The position numbers and the translations under genes are program-made. 64,000 bases of DNA from an uncultured SAR86 cluster bacterium (lineage in GTDB: Bacteria > Pseudomonadota > Gammaproteobacteria > Magnimaribacterales > AG-339-G14), in contig CACFKX010000003.1 of the NCBI GenBank assembly GCA_902566955.1, forward strand, positions 485 through 64,484, in the 5' to 3' direction. A model generated the notes under the pieces. That model searched no databases. It worked only from the letters and a program-made list of their open reading frames with translations, and was not told the DNA's origin. Positions 27,147 to 37,745 of the stretch are shown here, piece by piece (the first letter of the stretch is position 1; each line of letters begins with the position of its first letter).

Positions 27147-29591
27147 TTACTTTAATGGTTTTAGATAATATAAAAGAGTTGGCAATAAAAGCAACGAACC
27201 TAAGATTGCCATGATCATGGCTAATGAAGTGAAAATTCCAAAGAATACAGAAGGATTAAAATTTGACGACAACAAGATTAAAAATCCAATAACTATTGTA
27301 GATGATGTATAAAACATCGCTCTTCCTATGGTTGTGTGACTATTCTTGAGGCATTCTTCGTAGTCTTTTGATATATCAAATTCTCTTTTAAACCTATGCA
27401 AGTAATGAATCGTATTATCAACACCAATCCCGATGCTGATCGCAGCAACGGTAACGGTCATAATATCCAATGGAACGCCAGAAAATCCTATAGAACCCAT
27501 GACAAAACCAGCTGCAAGAAAATTAGGAACCATGCCAATCAAAGCTAGGCTGACGGACCTAAAAAGAAATAAAAACATAACAAAGATTGCGATAAAAACT
27601 ATTCCCACGCTGCCAATCAAAGATGAAAAAAGACTCTGAAGTAAATTATTATAAATAACTGATATTCCTGTAAGTCTAAACTGTTGATTATCAAGACCAA
27701 ATTTATTTTCTAAATCATAATTTATTTCATCGATGAGATTCTTTCTGTTCAATCCATCTAGGGATTCTTTCACTCTTGCTTGAAGCCTTACTTGATTATC
27801 ATCATCAGAGATATACGAATTAAGTAAACTTTCTTTAATATCCTCTGGTAACAGCTCTCTCATGAAAGCTAATTCAAGATCATTAAGTTTTTTTCCGTTT
27901 GCTATTTCAGCAAGTTTTATTCCGCTTGATACAGATAAAACTTTTCCTATTTCAGTTCTTGATTCTAAATAGTCGTGAATTTCTTCTAGCCTATCTAAAT
28001 TTTGACTTGTAAACCAATACCCGCTGGCTGAGTCATCCATACCAAAAGGATCATCAAAATCTTCAAAATCATCATCTATCTGTTCTGTTACGGGAGCGTT
28101 TATTACCAAATCAAGGGGTGCCGTTCCCCCCAGCTTTTCATCAATTAAAGACAGTCCTTTATATATTTCTGTATCAGACTTGAAGTAGTCTATGAATTTA
28201 TTCTCAACAGATAGCATGGATATTCCAAGAACAGATAATCCAAAAACTATTAATGAAAAGAAAATAATTTTAATTCTGGAATTCTTAAAGATTTGGAATA
28301 TAAATAATGTTATTCCAGAGGACTGATCTTCTACATAATCTTTCTCTTTTTTGGGTAACTTAGAAATAACTGCGGGAAAAAAGGAAAAAGTCACCAAAAA
28401 AGCGATGACAATACTGGTAGCCATCAATAAACCAAAATCTGTAATAGGTTTTATATCGCTGACAATCAATGAGAGAAATGCGACTATTGTAGTTAGGGCA
28501 GTATAAAGACACGGCACAAACATTTGTGTCGAAGCCATTAACACTATCTCCTTTTGACTTAGCTCAGAGTTTTTAGATAGCAATTCCTGATATCTGACGA
28601 CTAAATGCATTGTCAAAGATATTGCAATGATCATCAGAAGAGCAATGTAGTTAGCAGAAACAACTGTTACTTTTAGTCCTGCAAAGCTTATTAAGCCGGT
28701 GACCAAAATTGCAGAGATAAAAGCGCTTATCAAAGGAAGTAAAATCCATCGAATTTGACGAAAAATAAAACCCAGTACAGTTATAAATAGTAGACCCACA
28801 GCAAAACCAAAAAAAACTATATCATTTAGAATAAATTGTATTGTGTCTGTGGATATCATTGGGCCGCCGCCAAGATAGATTTCAGCGTCATTTTTATATT
28901 TAGAGATTATTGCTCTTGTATCAGCAACCAACTTCTTTCTTGCGGCGACATTTTCATTCTGCAGGACATCGATTTCTTGAGAAAGTAAATCAAGTTGTAA
29001 TTGTCTCTCAGTTTCACTTAGAGAAGAATCTTCATTAATTCGATACCTTTCTTGTATCTTGGAATCATATTGAGTGGCAGGTTTGAGAATAGCTTGTAAG
29101 GCTACAGTATCTAATTGTTCACTTACCAAAAGGCCTCTATAGACTGGATTACGAGAGAATTCTTTTTTTGCTAAAGATAAATCAACGTTCTTTTTTCTTA
29201 GAGATATTGGATTACTTGCAATTTCAGATATTGATTGTCTTGGACTTTCTAGTAAAGGAACGTCGAGAAAGTTTAAAACAGAATCAATTTCTTCAAGTCC
29301 TTCTAACTCATCAGATAATTCTTCTATTTTTGTTAGGGTTTCTTGCGTGAATAATTCATCAAAAGGGGAATAAGTGACTACTAAAAAGTCACTCCCTCCT
29401 CCAAAAGTTTTATTTGTATCTCTGTAGAACTTAAGATCATCATCATCTTCTAGCAATAAGGTATCCGAAGAAGCATCTAGCTGAAAATATTGAACTCCAA
29501 AAGCTAGACCGAAGGTTATCAGTAAAACAAGCCCTAAAGTGATTGAAGATCTATAGACAACAAAATGTAAAATTTTTTGTACAAATGCCAT
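27147..29591 (-). CDS. RND/MMPL-superfamily exporter (two 6-TM bundles, two periplasmic loops)
   Basis: 814 aa. Duplicated topology (TM1, large loop, 5 TM; repeated). Typical predicted-exporter RND with sterol-sensing-domain-like bundles. Confidence 0.75.
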   Translation of the reverse strand: MAFVQKILHFVVYRSSITLGLVLLITFGLAFGVQYFQLDASSDTLLLEDDDDLKFYRDTNKTFGGGSDFLVVTYSPFDELFTQETLTKIEELSDELEGLEEIDSVLNFLDVPLLESPRQSISEIASNPISLRKKNVDLSLAKKEFSRNPVYRGLLVSEQLDTVALQAILKPATQYDSKIQERYRINEDSSLSETERQLQLDLLSQEIDVLQNENVAARKKLVADTRAIISKYKNDAEIYLGGGPMISTDTIQFILNDIVFFGFAVGLLFITVLGFIFRQIRWILLPLISAFISAILVTGLISFAGLKVTVVSANYIALLMIIAISLTMHLVVRYQELLSKNSELSQKEIVLMASTQMFVPCLYTALTTIVAFLSLIVSDIKPITDFGLLMATSIVIAFLVTFSFFPAVISKLPKKEKDYVEDQSSGITLFIFQIFKNSRIKIIFFSLIVFGLSVLGISMLSVENKFIDYFKSDTEIYKGLSLIDEKLGGTAPLDLVINAPVTEQIDDDFEDFDDPFGMDDSASGYWFTSQNLDRLEEIHDYLESRTEIGKVLSVSSGIKLAEIANGKKLNDLELAFMRELLPEDIKESLLNSYISDDDNQVRLQARVKESLDGLNRKNLIDEINYDLENKFGLDNQQFRLTGISVIYNNLLQSLFSSLIGSVGIVFIAIFVMFLFLFRSVSLALIGMVPNFLAAGFVMGSIGFSGVPLDIMTVTVAAISIGIGVDNTIHYLHRFKREFDISKDYEECLKNSHTTIGRAMFYTSSTIVIGFLILLSSNFNPSVFFGIFTSLAMIMAILGSLLLLPTLLYYLKPLK

Positions 29592-29597
29592 TGTTAA

Positions 29598-30464
29598 TTA
29601 GTTGCTTTTTTTAATTATCTGCTTGTGTCGCTCGAGATATCTTAATCTGTCTTGTTCAGATTTTTCATTTATGCATTGATGACATGAGACTCCTGCAGAA
29701 TAATGAATTGACTCTAAATCTTTCTCTGAAAGCGGTCTTCTGCAAGCAAAGCATTGATAAAAAGAACCTTTGTTTAAATCTTTATCAACTGTAACTCTCT
29801 CATCAAAAACAAAACACTCCCCTTCCCATAATTTTTTGTCTTTACTGTTTGCTAAATAGCTTAGAATTCCACCCTTAAGTTGATGTACATCATTAATATC
29901 CTCCGACTTAAAAATAGAAGATGCTTTTTCACAACGAATACCTCCAGTACAAAAAATACCAATTTTTTTTCCTTCAAAAATTTTCTTATTTTCTTTTACA
30001 AAGTGTTTAAATTCTCTGAAATTTCTCGTGTCGGGATTCAATGCGCCTTTAAAAGTACCAACTGAGGTTTCATAATTATTTCTCACATCAATTAAGATAG
30101 TATTTTTATTTTCTGAAAACTCGTTCCAAAGTTCTGGGGTTATGTGTGATGTAGCATAATCTGTTGGTTTTAAATTTGTTCCTGAGGGAACGAGTTCTTG
30201 CCTCTCCTTAATTTTAAATTTCTTAAAAGGTTTTTTTTCTGTGCAGGAGCGTCCAACGTCAATTGAAGGGAAATATTTGGCAATGTATGTCTCGAAAGAA
30301 TAAAGATTTTCTAAATTAGAACAGGCTATAGTTGAATTTATACCCTCGGGAGTCAAAATTATTGTTCCTACAATAGAGAGTTCATCGGCTTTATTCGATA
30401 AACTTTGCTTTAAAAAGGAATAATCTCTCTCGCAACAATCATAAAAAGTTGAAATATGAAACAT
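29598..30464 (-). CDS. trhO: rhodanese-domain protein UPF0176 (tRNA U34 hydroxylase TrhO/YceA)
   Basis: 288 aa. FCTGGIRCEK active-site loop and a C-terminal Cys-rich tail (CFACRRP..CHQC). Confidence 0.82.
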   Translation of the reverse strand: MFHISTFYDCCERDYSFLKQSLSNKADELSIVGTIILTPEGINSTIACSNLENLYSFETYIAKYFPSIDVGRSCTEKKPFKKFKIKERQELVPSGTNLKPTDYATSHITPELWNEFSENKNTILIDVRNNYETSVGTFKGALNPDTRNFREFKHFVKENKKIFEGKKIGIFCTGGIRCEKASSIFKSEDINDVHQLKGGILSYLANSKDKKLWEGECFVFDERVTVDKDLNKGSFYQCFACRRPLSEKDLESIHYSAGVSCHQCINEKSEQDRLRYLERHKQIIKKSN

Positions 30465-30473
30465 TGTTGTATA

Positions 30474-30779
30474 TTAATTTTCTCCGCCTAAACAGTTAGG
30501 TGAATTCAAATCCTGACCAGTTTTTTCCTGCCATTCGTCCTTTGTGAAAGCATGGATAGCGATAGCATGAATTTTAGTCATTTGCTCTTTAAGAATTCTA
30601 TAAATCATTTGATGTCGTTGAACTAATCTTTTTTCTATAAATTCATCTGAAACAACCACAACCTTAAAGTGAGACTCAGATCCTGGTTCAACATTATGAT
30701 TCGGGCTTTCATTCTCAACTTCTAAATGTAGCAAGTCCATTCCATCGGTTAGATTATTTTCAATTTCTGTTTGAATCAT
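30474..30779 (-). CDS. BolA family protein
   Basis: 101 aa. HFKVVVVSDEF...RHQMIY...IHAIAIHAFTKDEW matches the BolA signature. Confidence 0.85.
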   Translation of the reverse strand: MIQTEIENNLTDGMDLLHLEVENESPNHNVEPGSESHFKVVVVSDEFIEKRLVQRHQMIYRILKEQMTKIHAIAIHAFTKDEWQEKTGQDLNSPNCLGGEN

Positions 30780-30780
30780 C

Positions 30781-32223
30781 TCAGTCTTCTATGTAATTTA
30801 ATTCACTCAGTTTTTCTTGATGGCTTTCTTTGGTGGTCGTTACCAAGGAGATTGTAAACAAAGAAATGGACCAAAGAATTATTGAAGCAGTAATAGCTGT
30901 AAATCCGAAATTAAATAATATAGTTTCATCAACTTGACCAGGTACAGCATTTTTTGGCCATGCTGAGTAAGTCAGAATTAGACCAGCTGCAAAAGCTCCT
31001 GCGCCGCTCATACATTTAGCTGCAAAGGATCTTGCAGCAAGTAATGTTCCTTCCATTCGTCTTCCTGTTTTGATTTCAACTTCCTCGACTGTATCCCATA
31101 CCATCGAGTTTAATGTTGTGAAGGAAATCACTGATGTCGCCACACCGACAAAATGGAACAGAAGGACAGCCCCTAGAACAATTGGAGAGCCATTATCGGG
31201 TAATAAACCCAGCAACCTAAGAGCGATGACACCGTTTTCAACCGTTAATGATGTTGCAAAAAGAATTATTGCTCCGTTCCGCTTACCAAATTTATTCGCC
31301 AATAAAGGTGAGACAACGAGCCCAACAAGTGGAGCTAGAAATAAACTCAATCCAATTGTTAATATATTTAATGGGGTAAACTCCCAGAAAAAACTATAAA
31401 AGTACAATGTTAAATTAGTAGCTATCCCGCCTGCTACACCCATCATAATCATGGCAATAAAAAGGATTATATAGTTTTTACTCACTGTCATCGTTTCGTA
31501 AAGTTCAGAGAAAATAACTTTTGGTGTTTTTCTTTGTATTTCAGGAGAATGTAAATCTTTTATGTGTCTGTGGGTTCCTAGTGCGGTAACGACAATGGCT
31601 AAAAACATAATTGGACTGCACACCAATCCGTAAGTCATCCATGTATCCGCAACAAATCTTGCATCTTGAGTCCCGGTATAGGTGCTATAAACTACAAAAA
31701 TCCATAAGGAATTCCACACAGCTAATCCACCCCACCAACCAAACCAATATCGATAAGAAAGCAATGAACTTCTTTCTACGTAATCTTTTGAAAGCTCAGG
31801 ACCTAAAGCATTACTTGGAATCTCATAGATAGTAATTGCAGTTCTTATGAGTGCGCCAATAATTAATAAAAACCAAAATAATTGAGATTGAGTTAAGTTA
31901 TCGGGAGGATCCCAAATCAAAAAAAATGAGATTGCAACGGGGACTGCTGAGAAATACATGAAAGGATGCCTTCTTCCCCATCTTGATTTCATGTTATCTG
32001 AATAATAGCCAATAAGAGGATCTGATATAGCATCAATCACCAGCATTAGAAGAATTGCTAATCCTGCCAAATCTGGAGATAGACCAAACACCTGAACATA
32101 GACAAACAATAGAAAATAATTGAAAGCATTATCCTTTATTCCATATGCTAAAGAACCAAACCCATAAAAGAATTTCGTCAGAAAAGGAAGTTTATGCGGA
32201 TTATTTAATTTATCTGTTTCCAT
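30781..32223 (-). CDS. GPH-family (MFS_2) cation symporter, paralog 2
   Basis: 480 aa, 12 TM spans. GYYSDNMKSRWGRRHPFM loop motif typical of glycoside-pentoside-hexuronide symporters. Paralog of 35317-36768. Confidence 0.75.
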   Translation of the reverse strand: METDKLNNPHKLPFLTKFFYGFGSLAYGIKDNAFNYFLLFVYVQVFGLSPDLAGLAILLMLVIDAISDPLIGYYSDNMKSRWGRRHPFMYFSAVPVAISFFLIWDPPDNLTQSQLFWFLLIIGALIRTAITIYEIPSNALGPELSKDYVERSSLLSYRYWFGWWGGLAVWNSLWIFVVYSTYTGTQDARFVADTWMTYGLVCSPIMFLAIVVTALGTHRHIKDLHSPEIQRKTPKVIFSELYETMTVSKNYIILFIAMIMMGVAGGIATNLTLYFYSFFWEFTPLNILTIGLSLFLAPLVGLVVSPLLANKFGKRNGAIILFATSLTVENGVIALRLLGLLPDNGSPIVLGAVLLFHFVGVATSVISFTTLNSMVWDTVEEVEIKTGRRMEGTLLAARSFAAKCMSGAGAFAAGLILTYSAWPKNAVPGQVDETILFNFGFTAITASIILWSISLFTISLVTTTKESHQEKLSELNYIED

Positions 32224-32306
32224 CTATCTCCTACGATTGAAGTATCTCATAAAATACAGATAATTGAAGTAAATGGTTAAATCAAGTACAGATATCGAGA
32301 AGCTTA

Positions 32307-34550
32307 TTAATCAAGCTTTGAAACAGCTAAGTTAGGTTGTTTTAAGGGACTTAGATAAATTGGTGATGACCAAGCTCTTTCTTCTGACATTGAAATACAG
32401 TTATCTTCTATGTCTGTCTTATACCCACCATAACAAAAATTTGTTTCAATACAGTTTCCTTCATCGTCATAGGTACACCTGAGATTTTTGCCATTTATTC
32501 GCTTAGTTGGTTCTTGTATAGCTCGAACATAAAAAGTTGCATCTCGATTATCTGAAACAAAATCTTCGTCTTGAAATCTAATTTTGCAAGAAGCCTTATT
32601 TTCTTCACATTCAAATATTTTCCAAGGATCCATAATCAATTCTTCTGGTTTTTCTGATGCATTGATTTCAGGCAAAACCTTTATAATTTCTATTCTTGAT
32701 ATTGAGTATCTTTCTGAACCAGGATTAAAACATTCATTCATACAGAGATTTTTAATATCCTCTGCTGATCTTTTGCCTAGACTATAATCTGGACAACCAG
32801 GTTTTTGTTTAAAGGAACCAACAGCTTTAACTTGAAAAGTTGGATTCTCATCTAAATAAATTTCAGAACCCATTGGAATCAATCCATTTTCTGTAATTAG
32901 ATCAAACCAAAGCAAAATTCTTGGTCCGCTCGTTCCGTAAGTTTCTCTTCTTTTAAATGCTTCCCAAACTCCTTCTCTGCTTCTTGAATCAACATGAACT
33001 GCAGCCAAACCGCCAGTGGTAAAAAAAGTTTCCTGTCTTTCTGACTCCCAGTAAGCCAATGGATTAGGTATGAACCTTTCCTCAATTTTGAATTCTACTG
33101 GTGTATCACTGATTTCATCTAAAGGATAAGAGAGTCTTTCAAAAGCAGGATTCTTTATGCCGTTTGATTCAGTAGTCAGTAACCTATCAACGGCTTTGTA
33201 TCCAGTACCTGGCCGAGCTCTGTGATTATCACTAGATGCTATAACACCAAAAATAAATTTCTCGTTATTTCTGCCTTTTTGGGTCAAAGCATATTGAAAA
33301 GAACCCTTAGGTCGATAATTAAAACTTGGGATAAAACAATCCTTGCACTGCCCCGAATCAAGCCATGATTCAGGCGTTGCTCCTGGAACGACAAAATGTC
33401 CGGACTGACCTGCCTGTAAATAGAAAATCTCAGCTTGCGAAGCGTCTTGTCTGCATTCATTTTCCCTCTTCCCATTTTCTATGCATCTTTCATAAATAAT
33501 TTTTCCAGCCTGCTTGCAAGAAGGAAGATAATTATCAGACTCTTCAGGGCAAATTAAATTATCACCATCAAAAATAACCTCGTTCCAACTTCTATATTCC
33601 TCTGAATTTCCATGTCCGGACATGATTTCGAAAGAAATTTGTCTATCCGGATCGTGAACATCATCTAGTTTGTCGTCCCAGGAAGTTCCTAAAGGACTGT
33701 AAAATCCCCATGTGTTGCCATGTGGGATTACTATCGAGTCGGTTTTTAAGGCATTTAATTTTGTGAAAAGCTCTTTAGGAGTATCAGCCGAGATAAGACA
33801 ATCCTCATTATCATTTGCGCTACCGGAACATACTGGAGAATCAGAAATATCTGTGTTGTAGGCAATGAAATCATAATATCTTTGCCTGTTGCTAAGATCA
33901 CTATATGCTTGGACCATCATATTTACACGAGCTTCGGTCACTCTAGTAGGATCTCTAAAATTATTAAGGCTGTCACCACCAGCAGCGATTGGTGATTTAG
34001 GCAAATATTCTGAGTCAATCTCTTTCAAAATAACATTTTTATGTCCATAGTGCTCTTCTCGGTTATCTCCAATTTGGGTCCATTCAAAACCCAAAAAGGT
34101 AATCATATCTGGATTTTCAGGATCAGTACTTTTATTACAGCTTTGAACTTGTTCTATTGTATTGTTCCAATTATGGGGAGTGCTGGCCTCAGCATGATCA
34201 GAGATAACCCAAAAATCTAGAGCCGAACAAAATCTTGCGTAATCACAAGCATCTGAAACTGGATGAGGACCTCTTCCGTTATACATTGGCAGGCTCCATA
34301 AAAACGCATCAGTAGAATATGTTGTATGTACATGGGTATCACCAAAAAGAATCTGTTTTGAGGAACTGGAGTGCTTGAGTTGACTTCTAATTTTTGAATT
34401 TAAAATTTTTTTTGGTAATTCAGCATTTATAGATTTTCCTCCGGGTTCCAAAGATCCAAAATAGCCATAAAAAGCAAATAAACTATAAGTAAGAACAATA
34501 ACAAGCGTTGTAAAAAGTAAATAAAAAAATGATTTAAAAAATATTCGCAT
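32307..34550 (-). CDS. DUF3604 protein (PHP-like metal-dependent hydrolase), N-terminally membrane-anchored, Cys-rich
   Basis: 747 aa. One N-terminal TM span. GDTHVHTTYSTDAF and ISDHAE motifs characteristic of DUF3604/PHP fold. More than 20 Cys suggest a periplasmic location. Confidence 0.75.
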   Translation of the reverse strand: MRIFFKSFFYLLFTTLVIVLTYSLFAFYGYFGSLEPGGKSINAELPKKILNSKIRSQLKHSSSSKQILFGDTHVHTTYSTDAFLWSLPMYNGRGPHPVSDACDYARFCSALDFWVISDHAEASTPHNWNNTIEQVQSCNKSTDPENPDMITFLGFEWTQIGDNREEHYGHKNVILKEIDSEYLPKSPIAAGGDSLNNFRDPTRVTEARVNMMVQAYSDLSNRQRYYDFIAYNTDISDSPVCSGSANDNEDCLISADTPKELFTKLNALKTDSIVIPHGNTWGFYSPLGTSWDDKLDDVHDPDRQISFEIMSGHGNSEEYRSWNEVIFDGDNLICPEESDNYLPSCKQAGKIIYERCIENGKRENECRQDASQAEIFYLQAGQSGHFVVPGATPESWLDSGQCKDCFIPSFNYRPKGSFQYALTQKGRNNEKFIFGVIASSDNHRARPGTGYKAVDRLLTTESNGIKNPAFERLSYPLDEISDTPVEFKIEERFIPNPLAYWESERQETFFTTGGLAAVHVDSRSREGVWEAFKRRETYGTSGPRILLWFDLITENGLIPMGSEIYLDENPTFQVKAVGSFKQKPGCPDYSLGKRSAEDIKNLCMNECFNPGSERYSISRIEIIKVLPEINASEKPEELIMDPWKIFECEENKASCKIRFQDEDFVSDNRDATFYVRAIQEPTKRINGKNLRCTYDDEGNCIETNFCYGGYKTDIEDNCISMSEERAWSSPIYLSPLKQPNLAVSKLD

Positions 34551-34554
34551 CAGG

Positions 34555-35316
34555 CTATTTTCGATATTTATCTTCAGACTTATTTATAAAATCTTTAAGA
34601 AAGTCTCTTGGATTTTCATCTCTAAAGTTCATATTAGCGTTTTGCCAAGGCCTTGAATGGGGAGTATCAAATAATTTTACGTCCTTCTTTTTGAAAAAAG
34701 GCACAAGAACCATTCCGGCAATAAACCCACCGATATGAGCTAAGTAAGCAACCCCTCCTTCATCTTGTAATGAACTTGGTAGGCTAAAAAACTGACCTAA
34801 AATCCAAAAACCTAAGACAATAAAGGCAGGAATTCTTATAACTTGTATAAAAATAATTAAAAAAACAAAACAACTTACGTTTGCTCTTGGATGTAACATT
34901 AAATAGGCGCCTAAAACGCCTGCAATTGCTCCGCTTGCACCTACCATCGGTATATTTGAATCAGGATTAACCAAAGCTTGAGATAACGCAGCGATAAGAC
35001 CACAAGTTATATAAAACAGTACGAACCGTATCCTTCCCATGGATTCTTCAACGTTGTCGCCAAAAATCCAAAGATAAACCATATTCCCCACTATATGGGC
35101 AATACCGCCATGAAGAAACATAGAAGAGATAATTGTTAAATCAAAAAAAGAATTGGAAAAAAATCTATCTGGAATAAAACCAAAATCTAAGAATATTTGT
35201 CCAGGCATCCCAGCAAGAAATTGAAAAACAAAAACAATCGTACAAGCGACAACAATAAATTGCGTTACGTACGGCCTTATGGATGTTGGATTATCGTCAT
35301 ATAAAGGAAAAAACAT
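34555..35316 (-). CDS. rhomboid-family intramembrane serine protease
   Basis: 253 aa. GASGAIAGVLGAY (catalytic Ser), AHIGGFIAG (catalytic His), and the HxxxN region (HIVGNM). Confidence 0.88.
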   Translation of the reverse strand: MFFPLYDDNPTSIRPYVTQFIVVACTIVFVFQFLAGMPGQIFLDFGFIPDRFFSNSFFDLTIISSMFLHGGIAHIVGNMVYLWIFGDNVEESMGRIRFVLFYITCGLIAALSQALVNPDSNIPMVGASGAIAGVLGAYLMLHPRANVSCFVFLIIFIQVIRIPAFIVLGFWILGQFFSLPSSLQDEGGVAYLAHIGGFIAGMVLVPFFKKKDVKLFDTPHSRPWQNANMNFRDENPRDFLKDFINKSEDKYRK

Positions 35317-36768
35317 TTATGTCTTATAGCCTAACTCGTCAACTGCGGAAGTATGTGAATCTCTAGTTATAGAGTAAAAGTAAATGAATCCTAATCCAGC
35401 AAAATTTAGTATTGGCCCACTGATGCATACAAAAATGACTAAGTTGTTAATGGGTTCTTGCATCTGCTCAACGTTTGATTGAGAGTTATCGAATCCTAGA
35501 AACTGCAATACAAAACCTATTATAAAAACACCAAGGCCTGAAAATATTTTTTGGAATAATCCTGGGCCGGACAAGAAGAGTCCTTCGTCTCTTCTCCCGG
35601 TTCTCATTTGACTATCCTCAACAACATCAAACATCATTGAAATCATTACTACCCAACCCATAACAGAGAAGATGTCAGTTATACAAAGATGCATTAACAT
35701 CACCCACCAGAGAGTATCGGATCCGTTAACAGGAAAAGTCTGCACTTCAAAATAAGGATCAACTAATCTTAGAATGTATGGGATATATGAAATTGCAATT
35801 GTTCCAGTAAAAGCTAAAAGTGCAATAATTCTTTTTTCTCTGCCTTTAGAAATTGCGACTGCGATAACTGCTCCAATAATTGCAGAGATTCCTCCTGCTA
35901 AAGGAAAAATGGATATATCTGACGGAGTCCACTGCCAAAAATAAACACTGATGTAATTAGCAATACCATTATTTAACCCCAAAAAAAGAGCATACAGACA
36001 CCCAGCTAAAAAGATCATCAACCATGATCTATTAGAAAGTGCCTCTATGACTTCTGCTAATACATTTTTTAACTTAATTGGTCCTGATGGTTCAACAACA
36101 TGAAGATCCTTAATATGTTTATGAGTACTGGATGCAGCTGTTACTCCTAAAATTATCACGAGAAAAGCAGCAAAATAAGCAAGCTTTTCGTATCCTTCTG
36201 GGTTTAAGAAAGCCGTTGAGCCCTGAAATTGCTCTGTTTCAGGTAAAAAATATTCAAGCATCACGAACCCAATGACTATTGCTCCAACGTATCCAAAGAA
36301 AATACCCATCCCATTAAGTAAATTTCTTCTATCGTAATCTTTGGTTAATTCTGGACCTAAAGCAGCTCTAGGTGTTTCGAAAAAAGTGATAGCTAACCTA
36401 ATGAGTATCGTTAAAACGAGCAATTTAACAAACAAGTAACTCTGGTCGTAAGAATTAGGCGGCGTGAATAATAACCAAACGCATATTGCTAAGGGAATGA
36501 TGCTGGCATAAATAAAAGGATGTCTCCTACCTAGCCTAGATCTAATACGATCTGACCAAACTCCAACTAGAGGATCCGATATGGCATCGAAAAAAAGAGA
36601 GATACCAATCGCAATTGAAGCTAAATATGGCTGCAAACCTAAAACTTGGTTGTAATACAAAAGAACCCAAGCACCAAAAATAACATTTTTAATCCCTACA
36701 ACGCCTGATCCTGCTGAATGTAGAAAAAGTGTAAGGTTTGAAACTTTAAATTCTTTTACTTCTGACAT
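35317..36768 (-). CDS. GPH-family (MFS_2) cation symporter, paralog 1
   Basis: 483 aa, 12 TM spans. GVWSDRIRSRLGRRHPFI loop motif. Its stop codon abuts the rhomboid start codon with no spacer. Confidence 0.75.
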   Translation of the reverse strand: MSEVKEFKVSNLTLFLHSAGSGVVGIKNVIFGAWVLLYYNQVLGLQPYLASIAIGISLFFDAISDPLVGVWSDRIRSRLGRRHPFIYASIIPLAICVWLLFTPPNSYDQSYLFVKLLVLTILIRLAITFFETPRAALGPELTKDYDRRNLLNGMGIFFGYVGAIVIGFVMLEYFLPETEQFQGSTAFLNPEGYEKLAYFAAFLVIILGVTAASSTHKHIKDLHVVEPSGPIKLKNVLAEVIEALSNRSWLMIFLAGCLYALFLGLNNGIANYISVYFWQWTPSDISIFPLAGGISAIIGAVIAVAISKGREKRIIALLAFTGTIAISYIPYILRLVDPYFEVQTFPVNGSDTLWWVMLMHLCITDIFSVMGWVVMISMMFDVVEDSQMRTGRRDEGLFLSGPGLFQKIFSGLGVFIIGFVLQFLGFDNSQSNVEQMQEPINNLVIFVCISGPILNFAGLGFIYFYSITRDSHTSAVDELGYKT

Positions 36769-36836
36769 TTATTTGATTAAAAAAAATAATATACTTTAGT
36801 GATAAACATAATGCATTAAATTAATAGGGAGAAATC

Positions 36837-37745
36837 ATGGGAAGATTAAATGGCAAGATTGCTGTAGTAACTGGAGCTGGCCGCGGTATCGGCAAAGAAA
36901 CTGCACTTTTTTTAGCTAGTGAGGGTGCCAAGGTCGTTGTCAATGATTTGGGCGGCAATACAGATGGTACAGGCGGCACTCAAATAGCAGATGAAGTAGT
37001 AGAAGAAATTAAATCCGCTGGCGGAGATGCAGTAGCAAATTACGATAGCGTTTCCGAATTTGCTGGAGGGCAAAATATTTTTCAAACAGCCATAGATGCA
37101 TTTGGTGGAATGGATATCCTGATCAATAATGCAGGAATCTTAAGAGACAAAACTCTTTTTAATATGGAAGAAAATGATTGGGATCAAGTCATTGCTGTCC
37201 ATCTTAAAGGGCACTTTAATTGCACCAAGCCTTTTGTCTCCTATATAAGAGAAACTAATAGGACGGACTGCAGAATAATCAACATGTCGTCGGTTTCTGG
37301 ATTGTATGGAAATTTTGGACAAACCAATTATGGTGCTGCTAAGGCGGGTATTGCTGGATTTACAAGAAGCCTATCTTTTGAAATGGCTAAATATAAATGT
37401 ACTGTAAATACAATCTCGCCTGGAGCAGCTACCAGAATGACCATTGACTTGATTAAAGCCGCAGGAAGGGATGTTGATGTGAATGATTGGAAACAAGGCC
37501 CACAACAACTAGCTCCTGTCATTACCTGGTTATGCTGTGATGAAGCATCAGATGTAACCAATCAAATCATTCATGTTCAAAACGGAACGGTAGGAATTAT
37601 GCAGCAGCCTGCAGTGATTGAATCTTTCTTATCAGAAGAGCTATGGTCTCTAGATCAATTAGACAGAGTTATTGGAAACCTAGTTGAGACTAAAAAGAAC
37701 CATGATTCTGAGGTTCAAAAAAAGGCAGAACCAAAAAAATCTTAA
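36837..37745 (+). CDS. SDR oxidoreductase, MFE-2/HSD17B4-type (3R)-hydroxyacyl-CoA dehydrogenase-like
   Basis: 302 aa. [38 protein letters not shown]. Strong resemblance to the N-terminal dehydrogenase domain of peroxisomal multifunctional enzyme 2 (recollection). Confidence 0.85.
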   Translation: MGRLNGKIAVVTGAGRGIGKETALFLASEGAKVVVNDLGGNTDGTGGTQIADEVVEEIKSAGGDAVANYDSVSEFAGGQNIFQTAIDAFGGMDILINNAGILRDKTLFNMEENDWDQVIAVHLKGHFNCTKPFVSYIRETNRTDCRIINMSSVSGLYGNFGQTNYGAAKAGIAGFTRSLSFEMAKYKCTVNTISPGAATRMTIDLIKAAGRDVDVNDWKQGPQQLAPVITWLCCDEASDVTNQIIHVQNGTVGIMQQPAVIESFLSEELWSLDQLDRVIGNLVETKKNHDSEVQKKAEPKKS

